A stretch of DNA of 64,000 nucleotides from Octopus vulgaris (Eukaryota), in assembly GCA_951406725.2 (NCBI GenBank), contig OX597826.1, positions 11,408,001 to 11,472,000 on the forward strand, in the 5' to 3' direction. The translations under genes were made by a program, and so were the position numbers. Numbering within the stretch: the stretch's first letter is position 1; the number at the start of each line of letters is the position of its first letter. Below, piece after piece: positions 11,701 through 26,004 of this stretch. The notes beneath the pieces were generated by a model that had not been told where the DNA came from, did not search any database, and worked only from the letters and a program-made list of their open reading frames with translations.

Positions 11701-13636
11701 AAATCTTCAAACCTCGAACTATTTTTTTAAAAATTGGGTATGAAACATTGAATAATGTGAACTTATATATGCACGTACCTGAACAAAAAGAGACGGAATT
11801 GTCACGGTTGGAATACCTTTGATGATAAATATAATCAATAATGCCTGAGCTGGAGTAAAACAAAAAAAAAATATTGGATTAAAAAAGTTGCAGCGAGAAA
11901 TTAGAACACAGGACGTTGTTATTAAACACTAATGCCACTTTTAGTTAATTCTCTAATGCCCCGGCTATTCCTAAATTTTAATATCTCATTGATTTGTAAC
12001 ATATTGATACAGAACTACAAAATTGGCGAATGTATACACGACTAAATCCCCCAAAGTACTTTACTGGTATTTTATTGCTTTATTGATCGGAGAAAGATGA
12101 AAGGCAAAATTGTCCTTGCAAAGTAAAGGCCCATAAATAAATATTACAAGGAATTTTGTCTGGCGATCCTTCCAACTCATTGCCCTAATCAATAGTATTA
12201 TATTGATTTTCTTTGACTAGGCATTTGATAAATTTTGTATTGGAAAAGTTATGATCAATTGAATAAATCATCTATTAATAAAACTTGCTTTATACATCCG
12301 GAATAGAGACGAATTATAAATATTAATTGTTCGCAATGACATGAGGTCAAACATTTGAAGTGGAAATGGTGTTGTCAGTTTAATGTACTTCAGCATTAGC
12401 CTAGTACTTTTATACAACTTTGGTGCGTTGGAAAGCAATGTGAATGTCAGTGAAACTATAAAAACGAATGTTCTGGGACAAAACTGAATGAGGCGCTTAT
12501 ATAAACCTCTGTTGATGCAACTGAACCTCGTCTTAATTCTTATAATATAAAATTAATACTTCTTTAGAAAAATAAAAGTCTACAAATATCTCTTGAATAT
12601 CAAGGGATGATATTAAAATTTATTTTAGTTAAATGAAATATACAAAACAAAGGGAATTATTCTTGACGGTAATAGAGCCTGATACTCTACCTGAAGTGAT
12701 AACCCCACCTCCCACACAGCAAATCTGATAATAGCGATTATTGTTTTGATATTTTTTAATGTTTAGTGAAGGAAGAGATTACTATGTCGAAGATCTTGTA
12801 TATTTTCAAGGAAGAAAGGATGAAGTTATCGTCAAGTCAAAGACAAGGTCCGATTGCACTTAATACTAACGACGCCTAAGGACAAAATGCGGGTGTTAAA
12901 CCAGATGAAGGGTTAAGTTTAACACCCAAGAAATCAAAATGCGATGAGTCGAAACAAATACAGCAAGGCATCTCGTCCGGAATTCTAACAGCAGGGACAA
13001 AGGTGCTCATATTTCAACTTTTCCAAAGACAAAGGGTAAACAGGTATCTGAAATACTTTTATTGTTTTCAAAGTCATAAATGAATCAAAAAAAGATTTAA
13101 AAAACTGTGAAAAATTCAGCCAGAAATTGAAATATGGTTGTTGTGATTCAACTATTCTAGCAGGAAAGTTAACCTCTTGCTCTAGAGCGCTCGCTGTTGG
13201 AGGTAAAATATTTCAAGTAAAATTCAATTTTCGTTGTGTATTAAAAGCAAACAAGCGGAAATGAAGTGCAAGTCAACACAGTGCAATTGGCAACATTGAA
13301 AATAATTATAAGAGTAAAATGAATAAACAAATAAAAGAGAGAAAACAAATAGTGCGAAATGCTCTTGAAGGTTTGTGTAAGGCGAATAATTGCCAGTAAT
13401 TTATTCATGCAACGCTATTAAATTTAAACATATGCGCTTGAGGAGACTCGTCACAGCAAATGGTAAACTTTTGCAGAAACAACCATTTTATATAATCATT
13501 GAAACCAGTGAGAGAGAGAGACTTGAGGCAGCGTTTCTTCATTTGCTTCTTTCTATCTTTAAAGACGATGGTTGTCTCTGGTTCATGCTTTCACGTCTGC
13601 CAAACGCCACCGTTACCTCCGCCATCATTTTTACTA

Positions 13637-13823
13637 ATACTTATTTCTTTACTACCCACAAGGACAGACAAACTGGTGTGTAACTGGTACTTATTTAATC
13701 GACCCCGAAAGGATGAAAGGCAAAGTCGACCTCGGCGGAATTTGAACTCAGAACGTAACGGCAGACGAAATACGGCTACGCATTTCGCCCGGCGTGCTAA
13801 CAATTCTGCCAGCTCGCCGCCTT
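13637..13823 (-). mobile_element. SINE family A, internally deleted
   Basis: Head and tail match other copies. Confidence 0.85.
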
Positions 13824-13989
13824 AATACCATCCACAATTAACATCGGCATTAACATCACAACTATGATCAACATTAATGTCCATTATTAGTATCACAATC
13901 ACCATCATAACTAACAATAAATAACACTTATTGCCACAGCATTATCATCTCAGCCATTGCGGTTATTGCCACCATCACAACCATCAAGG

Positions 13990-14140
13990 CCATAGCTTTC
14001 TAATAACCATGCTGCTACTATCATTACTGCTATATCTACTACTGTTGCTACTATTACTTCTACTACTATTATTACAACAACTACAGTTGTTGTTGCTGCA
14101 ACTGGTGGTACTACTATTACTGCAACTGTTGTTGCTGGCG

Positions 14141-14199
<59 letters not shown>

Positions 14200-14233
14200 G
14201 CAACTGGTGTTGACGCTGCTTCTGCTGCTGCTG

Positions 14234-14282
<49 letters not shown>

Positions 14283-15120
14283 CTCTTTCAAAGACAAAAT
14301 CATTTCCACTACGAGTTTTTATTACCCAAACCGTCACCGACCTACAAGGAAAATAACTGCCTTCTTCATCCGTAGATGATGACTACAAGAACCATCAGAA
14401 CTAATGTGTCATCAGCTTGACTTCCATAAACACTGATACTAATATCATAGTCATCATCGTTTTTTCTTAGCCATCATCATCATCATCATCATCATATGAC
14501 ACCTACTAATTTACTTCAACCAATCAACACTTTCCGACAATGGTAATACCAATTCAAACTTACTGCATTACCATACACCTCCTTCTCCCCCTCCTCCTAC
14601 TCTTCGTCCTGTCTTCTTCTTTTTCTTCTTCTTCTTTTTCTTCTTGTTCTTGTTCTTCTTCTTCTTCTTCTTCTTCTTCTTCTTCTTCTTCTTCTTCTTG
14701 TTGTTGTTCTTGTTCTTGTTGTTCTTGTTCTTGTTCTTGTTCTTCTTGTTCTTCTTGTTCTTCTTGTTCTTGTTCTTCTTCTTCTTCTTCTTCTTCTTGT
14801 TGTTGTTGTTGTTCTTCTTCTTCTTCTTCTTCGTCGTCGTCGTCGTCGCCTTCTTATTAGTTCTCCATTTTACAATAGTGAAATTGAAAGCATAATTAGA
14901 AACGATGATGTGTGACGATGATTTGTGCAAGATATGGATTGGAGAGGACTTCGATGAGGTGTGACGGTGTGGTGAACGACTGAGACGGGCAAAGAAGCAG
15001 AAGAAGAAGAAGAAGAAGAAGTAGAAGAAGAAGAAGAAGAAGAAGAAGAAGAAGAAGGAAAAGAAGAAGAAGAAGAAGGAGAAGAAGAAGAAGAAGAAGA
15101 AGAAGAAGAAGAACAATGAT
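13990..15120. repeat. Microsatellite cluster (CTA)n, (TTC/TTG)n, (GAA)n
   Basis: Directly visible. Confidence 0.95.
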
Positions 15121-16199
15121 TATGATGGTAATGGTGAAGTCCATAGCAGCAACATTAACAAAGTCCACGATTTTATGCAATTTACTCGCTCGTTTACCAA
15201 ACGAGACACCACCATAACACGTAACGTTAAATAATTCAAGTCACTACCATTCATCGAAGCAGCTGACTACGTAAATGCCAAGCCAAACCTAGCTGTGAAC
15301 CATCCGACCACTCAACAATCCAACCATGCAACACTCAACTGGACGCCCGAACCAAATACCCTTCAAATGAACTAGTCATGTAGTTACCTAACAATATTAT
15401 CCTCTCAACAAACCATTTTCTTGTCAATATGACCGACAGTTCAGCTAACCATTTGACCAGCTTAACAAACCGATTGATCCAGTCCAGTCCAGTGCAGACC
15501 ATCCCGGTCTAGCCTAAACTGACGCAACCAGTATGCCATACCAGCTATATATCAATTCTACCAACCAGCAAACCGGCCAATCAGCAACAACAGCTATACC
15601 AGTCAACCAACCGACCAGCCGATCAACTCAATAACCCCAGCTACACCAACCCAAACTAAACCACACACACACAAATACATACACACACACAGACATACAC
15701 ACACGTCGACCGGCCAGCCAAACCAACCAACGAGTAAGCGTGTAAAATTCCCCAGCCAAAAGAGATGGTGTCAAGCGGGTTGTAACAGTATTAACGCTAT
15801 TGCTTAAGATTCCGACAGCAGACTCTGACAGCTAATCAATCGAGCGACTAGCTTGAGCTACACGCGCTCATCTGGCCGCTAGCAATTCTCATTTAAAAGT
15901 ATAGAAATATCTAGGTCCCCTCCCACTGTGTTTATTGAACTCATTGCGAATGAGTGAGAGAGTGAGAAATTCGGGGGTGAGACCGATGAGACCGGTAGAA
16001 TTTTAACAAAGTGGCTGTGCTAAGGCAACTTTACAAGGCTGTTTTTACATCGGCGTGGTTGTGCTGAGGTCATAGACGAAAGACTGTGTTAATCAGTTTC
16101 AACTATCTTCCGCGATTTCCCGCCGGCTGCAATCGCATATGAATATGACACATCCTCTTCATAAAAGGTGCTTAAATTAATCTCGTAAAAACACCATCA

Positions 16200-16505
16200 T
16201 CGCCTTCTCCTTCTCCTCCCTCCCCTCCTTCTCCTTCTCTTTCTTTTCCACCTCTTCCTCCTTTTTTATAACCCTTCCAACTTCTTCTTTTTCTTCTTCT
16301 TCTTCTTCTTCTTCTTCTTCTCCTTTTTCTTCTTCTTTTTCTTCTTCTTTTTCTTCTTCTTCTTCTTCCTCTTCTTCTTCTTCTATAATATTATACGTAT
16401 TTTTTTAATATTATTCTTCGTAAAATAGCAGTTGAAACAACATCAGCATCAACAATAGTAATAACAGCAATATCATTATTATTATTATTATCATCATCAT
16501 CATCA

Positions 16506-16575
<70 letters not shown>

Positions 16576-17023
16576 TATACTTCTTGAATCTATATTTTTA
16601 TCCATTTGTTTCATATATATATATATATTTTTTTTTACTACTCCGCAACTGTTGTATTTATTTTACTAATTTTGTTGTTATATTTTCTTTATTTGGTATG
16701 TTGGATGGTTGAGTTGTTGTTGTTGTTGTTGTTATTGGTGGTGATGTTGACGGTGATGTCAGTGGCTGGTTGTGCGTTGATATTATTTCCTTTGCAATTT
16801 TGTATTCCTCGTTCTGTTCGTTGCTATCTCTATCTCATCCTCTCTATTTCCTACTCGCTTTCACTGCTCTTCACTCTGTATATATACACACACATATGCA
16901 TATATATATTTAAATACAAACACACATAGATATGTATATGTATGTATATATGTATGTATGTATGTATATATATATAAATATATATACATATATATTGTGT
17001 CTGTCTATCTATCTATCTGTCTG

Positions 17024-17066
<43 letters not shown>

Positions 17067-17128
17067 CTCTCTCTCTCTCTCTCTCTCTCCCACTCTCTCT
17101 CCCACTCTCTCTCTCTCTATCTATTTAT

Positions 17129-17174
<46 letters not shown>

Positions 17175-18141
17175 GATTTGATAATTCTCACGTATACATA
17201 TCACATTTTATCTCACACTTTGTTGTTGTTGCTGTTGTTATCCTCCTCTTCCTCTTCCTTCTCCCCTTCCTCCTTCTCCTTCTCCTCCTCCCTCCCTTTT
17301 CCACCTTCTTTTTCTCCTTCCCGTTCGTTCATAGCATTTTCAATTTTTTTTTTTCTTCTAATTATTAAAATTTCACTCACATGCAGGACCAATAAAATTA
17401 ATAATGATAATAATGAGGATGTCAAAGCGGTTAATGACGATAGTGCCAATGCTGCTGCCGCGGCTGCTGCTGCTGCTGCTCACAGATGCAAGATGCTGCT
17501 ATTGGCCATGATAAGGACGATAAAGATGGTAATGATGTGAGATAGGAAAAGAATAGTTTCGGAAACTAGTGCTCATATGTGTTAACGACAACATCAATAA
17601 ACCACATCGGCCATCTTGTTGTTGTTGTTGTTGTTGTTGATTATGATGACGATGGTGGTGATGATCATGGTGAGAAAGAAGAAAAAGAAGACGATGACAC
17701 TATAACGAGGTCGACGACGAATAGCAACAATACTACTACTACTATTACTACTACTACTATTACTACTATTAACAATAATTATAATGAGAAAAAATGATGA
17801 TGTCGTTGTTGATGATGATAGAGAAAGGAAGAGTTGGAGGAGGAGAAGAGGAGGAGGGGAGGAGAAGAAGAAAAGTTGATGTTGATGATGATGGTGGTTT
17901 TGGAAGAAGAAGAAGAAGAAGAAGAAGAAGAAGAAGGAAATAAAAGACGAAGAGGAAGACGAGGAAGAAGGAGGATCAGGAGAAAAGGAAGAAGAAGAAG
18001 AAAGAGAAGAAGGAGAAGAAGAAGTAGAAGAAGAAAATAAAAGAAGACGAAGAAGAAGACGAAAGAAGGGGAAGAAGGAGGAAGAAGGAGGATCAGGAGA
18101 AAAGGAAGAAGAAGAAGAAGAAGAAGACGATGATGACGACA

Positions 18142-18177
<36 letters not shown>

Positions 18178-18793
18178 CAACGACAACGATAATAACGATA
18201 ATAACGACAATGGCGACGGTGCTAATGCGGGTGTTGGGAATGATAGTGTGGTGTTTGACTGAGGTCACTTGGGATAATCATATTGGCAGATTATACAGAT
18301 ATTTATGACAGGAACCATTCTTTTGTTTTTTTCTTTGGTTTTTATTTGTTGTTGTTGTTGGTGTTGCTGTTGTAATGATGTTGTCTCTGGATGGATATTG
18401 TTGAACATTTACGGGGGAAATAATAATAATAATAACAGATAATTGTAATATTTAGATAAAAATATCGTTTGATATTTTTTTTAAACTTCGACCAGGGTAC
18501 GGCTGGATGATAGCAATAATGGTGGTGTCTGGTGGTGGTGATAGTGGAGATGGTGGATAATGGTGGTGATGGTGATGATGATAGGAGGTAGTAGTAGTAG
18601 TAGTAGTAGGAGGAGGAGGAGGAGGAGGAAGAGGCAACGACGAGGTCCCTGACTGTAATGAAGGCGATGATAATGTTATTTTTTAAACCTTGTGTAGGAT
18701 ACATCTGATAGCAATGACAGTGGTGGAGTATGATGATGATGATGATGATGATGATGTTGATGGTGATGATGATGATGATGATGATGTTGATGT

Positions 18794-18825
<32 letters not shown>

Positions 18826-18853
18826 TTGATGATGATGATGTTGATGATGATGT

Positions 18854-18891
<38 letters not shown>

Positions 18892-18964
18892 TTGATGATG
18901 TTGATGATGATGATGATGATGTTGATGATGATGTTGATGATGATGATGATGATGATGATGTTGT

Positions 18965-19014
<50 letters not shown>

Positions 19015-19162
19015 TTGATGATGATGATGATGATGATGTTGATGATGATGATGATGATGATGATGTTGATGATGATGATGATGATGTTGTTGATGATAAT
19101 GATGATGATGATGTTGATGATGATGATGATGTTGATGTTGATGATGATGTTGATGATGATGT

Positions 19163-19194
<32 letters not shown>

Positions 19195-19198
19195 GTGT

Positions 19199-19230
<32 letters not shown>

Positions 19231-19747
19231 TTGATGATGATGATGTTGATGATGTTGATGTTGATGATGATGTTGATGATGATGTTGATGATGATGATGT
19301 TGATGATGATGATGACGGTGACGACGTTGTTGACGACGATGTAATGAGAACATGTAGACGCTCCTGACTTTGATGATGATGATGAAGATGATGAAGACGA
19401 GGAGGAGGACGTAGGAAACGATGACAACGACGGTAATAATGTCATAATGACGATGTCGATGAAGATGCTGCTGGGTTCTTAGCAATGTCAGTTGTTGGTA
19501 CCAACACAGGAAATTATTTGAAGATGATTGTATATGGCCGATTGATTACTTCTAGTATGTGACTGGTCCTTTATCGACACAGAAGTTGAGGAAGAGGTGT
19601 CATCGAGGGGTGCCAATGTGTGGTCACTTGAGCCGCTGGAACTAGCAGTTAAATACACTCACAAATAACGTCCTACATTTTAAAAGGGGTAAAAGCACAG
19701 ATGACGGTCGTCACCATCATCATCAACATCATCACCATCATCACCAC

Positions 19748-19791
<44 letters not shown>

Positions 19792-19830
19792 CCACCATCA
19801 TCATCATCCCCCACCACCGTTATCGCTACC
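16200..19830. repeat. Large microsatellite field including ~610 bp (GAT/GTT)n at 18730-19345
   Basis: (TTC)n, (ATT)n, (TATC)n, (GAA)n, (GAT)n and (CAT)n tracts; source of the poly-D/M/H/I pseudo-ORFs. Confidence 0.95.
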
Positions 19831-19999
19831 ATCAAACGTACCCTATACAAGGTTTAAAAGGAAAAGATGCTATATGGTAACGGTTGACACATCTTTGATC
19901 ATAGAGAAGCTCAATTAAAGCCGACCTAGGGTTAAACAATGACAATAACAACAACAACAATAGCAAATTAAACGGCTATTCATATCCATTTGAGTACAT

Positions 20000-20245
20000 G
20001 AGAAGCCTCTTGGTCGAAATCCTGGATACGCCCATGTGGGAGACTTTCGGGAAGCGTTCAACATTTCGAAACATTTACCTGTATTGAATTTGTGGACTTA
20101 ATAAGAATTACGAATATTTCGTTTCGCATGTACCCCTTGCTTGCCCGCACGGTTGCCACCATTTTTGAGATATCGTCTGTGTCTAAAGATTGGAGTCTTT
20201 TATGCCTTCGTCTTCGTGGGAGGCTTTCACGGGAAGACATTGTGT
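20000..20245 (-). mobile_element. Possible decayed pogo/Tigger-like transposase N-terminus
   Basis: LPRRRRHKRLQSLDTDDISKMVATVRASKGY loosely resembles a psq-type HTH start; weak. Confidence 0.3.
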
Positions 20246-20269
20246 CTGTGATTATAATTTTAGTGTATA

Positions 20270-20432
20270 GGCGCAGAAGTGGCGGTGTGGTAAGTAGCTT
20301 GCTTACCAGCCATATGGTTCTGGGTTCAGTCCCACTGCGTGGCACATTGGGCAAGAGTCTTCTACTATAGCCTCGGGCCGACCAAAGCCTTGTGAGTGGA
20401 TTTGGTAGACGGAAACTCAAAGAAGCCCGTCG

Positions 20433-20477
<45 letters not shown>

Positions 20478-20708
20478 ATATGTGTGTGTGTGTTTGTGTG
20501 TCTGTGTTTCCCCCCTTACTCAGCATAGCTCGACAACCGATGCTGGTGTGTTTATGTGCCCGTAACTTAGCGGTTCGGCAAAAGAGACCAATGGAATAGG
20601 AAATAGGCTTACAAAGTATAAGTCCTGGGGTCGATTTGCTCGACTAAAAGGCGGTGCTCCAGCATGGCCGCAGTCAAATGACTGAAACAAGTAAAAGAGT
20701 AAAAGAGT
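20270..20708 (+). mobile_element. SINE family B, full length
   Basis: Head, internal (TATATG)n/(TG)n, (GTAAAAGA)n tail. Confidence 0.9.
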
Positions 20709-21033
20709 ATGGGATGGTTATGTTTCATATTCTTTCGATAGCACAGTGTAACAAAATCTATTTATTTATTTTTGTCTTCGGTTTTTAAGTGTTATTTCCT
20801 ATTTGCCTCTATCTAGAAATCAAAGGAAATTACTACTTTTTCCCTTCAAACTTTGCATTTGTCACTTGGACATCAATGTTTTGAAACTGACCTATTTTCC
20901 ATTACATTATTGAAATTACTGAAGCTGAGAATGAAAACACTGAAGTAAACTTTACTTGCACCGTGGTTAATTTGTACGCGAGGAAAACTCTAGGCGGTCG
21001 TTCGAGGACTAGTAAACATTTTTGGTAACACTA

Positions 21034-21261
21034 TTTACTCTTTTACTCTTTTACTTGTTTCAGTCATTTGAAACATGTGGCCATGCCGGAGCACCACCTT
21101 TAGTCGAGCTAATCGACCCCAGGACTTATTCTTTGTAAGCCTAGTACTTGTTCAATCGGTCTGTTTTGCCGAAACGCTAAGTTACAGGGACGTAAACACA
21201 CCAGCATCGGTTGTCTAGCGATGTTGGGGGGATAAACATAGACACACAAACATATACATAC

Positions 21262-21322
<61 letters not shown>

Positions 21323-21437
21323 TATGACGGGTTTCTTTCAGTTTCCGTCTACCAAATCCACTCACAAGGCTTTGGTCGGCCTGAGGCTATAGTAGAAGAC
21401 TGCGTGGTACCTTGGGCCACGCAGTGGGACTGAACTC
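21034..21437 (-). mobile_element. SINE family B, 5'-truncated
   Basis: Reverse-complement match to 20270-20708. Confidence 0.9.
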
Positions 21438-22164
21438 GATTTGCTTCTATTTAGAAATAAAAGGAAATGACTACTAATCCTTTACAACTTTGCTTTTGTG
21501 ATGGGGACATCAATGTCGTGAAACTGACCTATTTTCCTTTAAATCTCAGACAGACTCAGCGCTGAGTTGGTGATGCGGAATTATCGTTGTAACAAATTTT
21601 CTGCTCAATACCATATATTTGCTCGTCAGTTGCTTGATCTTAACCACTCTAGCATGTCTCTTAGTGGCTGACAATATGTGAATCTCTGATCATGAGCAGG
21701 AGTAGTGGAGGAATATCATAGCCATGTCTTGAGAGGAATTATTTGGGAGTCTGATATGAAATAAAAGCAAAGTTTGAAGGAAATTTTGGCTATTTTTCAT
21801 GCTTTCTTGGGATAAGCGAATAGAAAATAACGGTTGGTACCCAAGGAAAAAAATCGTGTTACATAGTGCAGTCACCATGTATATAAATGAAGCACTAACT
21901 CCTTAAACAGTCTGGTTATCTAAATGCTGTAAATAGGTAGAGCTGGTTAGGAACAAATAACCGTTGTAAACGAAGGAAACATACGTAGTGGCGCTGACAA
22001 ATGTTACCTTAGCAAGCATTCTTGTTGTCAACAGCCTGGAGGATGACAGACTAGGTTAAGCTGACATTTCCTGATTGCGTTATTAAACACACGATCTTTC
22101 CTAATGTGGTCGCTCTACTTGCTAGAAGTAAATCTTAAACAACGAAGGCGCGTTTTGGATAGTT

Positions 22165-22550
22165 CTTTAGCACTCCGTCGGTTACGACGACGAGGGTTCC
22201 GGTTGATCCGAATCAACGGAACAGCCTGCTCGTGAAATTAACGTGTAAGTGGCTGAGCACTCCACAGACACGTGCACCCTTAACGTAGTTCTCGGGGATA
22301 TTCAGCGTGACACAGAGAGTGACAAGGCCGGCCACTTGAAATACAGGTACAACAGAAACAGGAAGTAAGAGTGAGAGAAAGTTGTGGTGAAAGAGTACAG
22401 CAGGGATCACCACCATCCCCTGCCGGAGCCTCGTGGAGCTATTAGGTGTTTTCGCTCAATAAACACTAACAACGCCCGGTCTGGGAATCGAAACTGCGAT
22501 CCTATGACCGCGAGTATGCTGCCCTAACCACTGGGCCATTGCGCCTCCAC
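22165..22550 (-). mobile_element. Chimeric SINE: family D head with family C tail 1
   Basis: 5' half matches 23700-23886; 3' half matches 1965-2131 and 56075-56253. Confidence 0.85.
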
Positions 22551-23519
22551 TTTAGATAGTATAGACCTGTATACGCCAAGGAGGTTCTATATACGTCAGA
22601 GGTCTGAGCAATGCTGGTTGTTAATCTGAGGTTAAAGAATAACAAATATGCATTAAGTATGAATAGGTGAGCCTCAAAATTATTTACGTGTCAATGAGAT
22701 TGCTTTCACAGTGCAAGAAATAACAGCCAAATCTCATTCACATCACATCTTGCTATTTTAAACATAGTATAACATAGTTCTGGATATTCTATGATAGAAA
22801 ATAAGTTGGGATGGTCGGTGCTGGAATGTCTTACTTTATGGTGCAGGAATGATTGTGTTGTTAGAAAGTTTTCTTCACAACCACACGACTCAGGTTCGAT
22901 CCCATTTCCTGACACTAGTCAAATGTATTATACTATAACAAGCAACGGAACATGCATGTTACTTGAAGTGCTAGAAATAATGGCCAAATCTCCTTAATCT
23001 CAATCCATATCTTAACAAAAGGAAGGGAACATTGTATAACGTAGACCTTGATATATTTCAGCAAATAAATATATAAATAAAATGACTAATGGCTATAACT
23101 GAAAAGATTGTGATTGTAGGTTTGCTTGTTCTGAAACGACCTTGGGCTAAACAGCAACACCATCAATTGTTTCATTTTGGCAAGTCACAAGACAAGACTA
23201 GTAGATAAAGATATATTGGATTGATTAAGGCATAGTTTGTTCTTGTTACATATTTTATCGCCGTTAGTGAGTTGAGAACAAAATTGTCCGTCGGCAGAAT
23301 TTGAGCTCAAAATGCAGAGAAAAGCAAAACTAAATACACTGGGACATAAATAAACTCTGTTTCTATACAATTTTGGTCGTTTATGCCTCTTCTCTGTTTG
23401 CCTCATTTAATAATTTACACAAAATGGCCGCCCAAGAGATCCAAAATATAAAAAAGAGACGATTAGGAGACCATTGATAGAAAATGGTAAATAGTGATGC
23501 AAGTGAACTGATCTGGTTG

Positions 23520-23886
23520 TTGCTGCTGTTTGCTTGTTGAGCGAAGCGGTCTTCATTCCAGCTGTAGTGGGAGAAGTTCGAAACGTGGTCCTTTGCTATT
23601 CGTAAGACCCGCAGAAGAGAAAGCAGGTCAACCCCCGACACCGAGAGCATCGACGGATGGATGAATGCGCATCCAGATTCAGCGGCTGCGTAGGAAACAG
23701 GAAGGAAGAGTGAGAGAAAGTTGGGGCGAAAGAGTACAACAGGGGATCGCCCCCGCCTGCCGGAGCTCGTGGAGCTTTAGGTGTTTTCGTTCAATAAACA
23801 CACACAACGCCCGGTCTGGGAATCGAAACCGCGATCCTCCGACCGCGAGTATGCTGCCCTAACCATTGGGCCATTTCGCCTCCATT
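23520..23886 (-). mobile_element. SINE family D (tail 2)
   Basis: tRNA-like head GGCGAAATGGCCCAATGGTTAGGG..GTTTCGATTCCC; (CAG/CAA)n end. Confidence 0.85.
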
Positions 23887-25107
23887 GTTGCTGCTGCTGA
23901 TTAATCCTGTATCGATCATGCCTATAGTTAAAGGCATTTCGGAAGTGAACATCCAGAATGTTTTTATGATTGGTGTTACTACATTGACCATTGACTTTTT
24001 CGTATTTTCATTCACAAAAGGCAGGGACTTGGTAAAGTCGTTAGGGCAAATGATTGACTACCTGTTATTTGTTCTGGCTTTCTGCTCACTGAGTTCAAAC
24101 CCTATCTAAGTCAAATTCATCTTCCATCATTTTAGGATCGATAAATAAAGTATCAGCAGGGCATAGGCTAACGGAATTGTTAAAACACCGGGCTGGATTT
24201 TAAAAATATCTGATCTGGCTCTTTACGTTCTGAGTTCAAATTCTACCAGTGGCCATGTCGTAGCCTCTCACCCACTGAAAGACGGCCTCAAGGTGGAATG
24301 TGACAGACCGCTAGACTGACATGACTTTGAAATCAGACAGACTTCTCACCCAGCTTTGCCATGGATGTAAGGGCTTTGATGACCATGTATCGTGAATAAG
24401 GAGGTCGTCATTGTCCACATTAATTAAACTCACACTGATTGATTCCAGCATTTCAGTAACATTTGAAACATTATCGTTAACGAAGAAACATCGAAAACGA
24501 TGATGTGGTTAGGAAGAGATTTTATTACTCTTGCTAGAGGCCTTTTTACAAGTAGGAATAATAAATAAATCAAAGGTTTGACTCACCGGGAGATCGATAT
24601 TGATTCCGCTATTATTTGATGTAATAAGCATTTCATAGTAAATCTATGGATAATAAATTCTGTTGGCTGCGAATGGACCGTATTCCTTTAAATAGAATAC
24701 TCTATCAAGAACAGATCGTTTGGCATCTCTTCTATATTATTGAGGAGATTATACAAAACTATATGGAACCTTTTTGTTCCAATGCCAGAACTGTCAATCT
24801 TAGAGAAGCATTTTGAAATTAGTCTTCTAAAGGTTGCCTACGCTGAATGTACCACACACCCTCAAGGATCTACCAACCGTAAATATAATCAGCCAAGTTA
24901 TAGAAGTTACTCCCCCCCCACAAAAAAACCCATTAAACAATAGGAACACTTACCTGTTCTTCATCTTTTGTTCCTTTGTTCTTTTCTTTTTACACATAGC
25001 AGTTGACAGGTGCTTTTATTAGCCTGTCGTGGTTTCCAGTTTCATACAGACAGAATTTGACTGAATAACAATGGGTAGCTGTATTAGATGTAAACGGACT
25101 TAATACT

Positions 25108-25430
25108 AAGGGTAAAGACCCCCTTCGGTCATGAATGACCATGGGATTGCACCTAGAAAGTTACCCTCCTAGACACAAGTCCGGGCAAGGTTGTTTATGG
25201 AAGACCAGCAGTCGCCCATGCATACCAGCATCCCCTCTCCACACCACCAGTGTTATCCAAGGGAAAGACAAAGGTCGATACAGCTTGGCACCAGTGACGT
25301 CGCAACTCATTTCTACAGCTGAGTGAACTGGAGCAACGTGAAATAAAGTGCCTTGCTCAAGAACACAACACGCAGCCGGGTCCGGGATTCGAGCTCACAA
25401 CCTCACGATCGTAAGCTCGACGCTCTAGTG
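25108..25430 (-). mobile_element. SINE family C head with tail 3
   Basis: TTGAGCAAGGCACTTTATTTCACG motif; tail homologous to 28160-28345. Confidence 0.8.
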
Positions 25431-25936
25431 GCACGTATTTTAGGAAACCCAGTACAGTGAAAAGCGAAGACAGCACTCGGTGAAGATTTGAACTCAGGAC
25501 GTACATGTAAGTAACTAAATATCGCTTGTGCATTGCTCTACCAACATTACCCTTCACTGCTCATTTGATGTAAGAAAACATCTTTAAATTATGACAAAGC
25601 CACAAATGTATTGAAGAAGAGTGCGGTCGTTTGAATTCATCTTTTCAGAGGTCTGGCACTAATGTGTTCGGTTATTTGATTGGCTGGAAATATCAATGAG
25701 TTGTCCTTAAATCACAAAATGGAAGACCGCATACTGTATATTGCGGTCTCAAATATATGCAAGAAAAATGTGGTCCCTATCTTCATCGACTTTAGGGAAA
25801 GAGAGTGAGAGAGAAAGAGAGAGAGAGAGAAAGAGAAGGAAGGAGAGAAAGGAAGCGAAGGAAGGAATGATATGTATTAAATGTGATATTGTGATATCTT
25901 AACAAACACCATAACTCATTTAGCTATAAATTTCTC

Positions 25937-26004
<68 letters not shown>

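Noticed and set aside
18342-19485. Poly-Asp/Met/His/Ile ORFs suggesting a biomineralisation or metal-binding protein
   Set aside because: Translations of a (GAT/GTT)n microsatellite, open in several frames, with no signal peptide or unique coding flanks.
20800-21560. ~90-bp duplication around the SINE at 21034-21437 as a large TSD
   Set aside because: The copies are clearly diverged, do not abut both SINE ends, and a related fragment occurs near 63060, so this is an older dispersed repeat.
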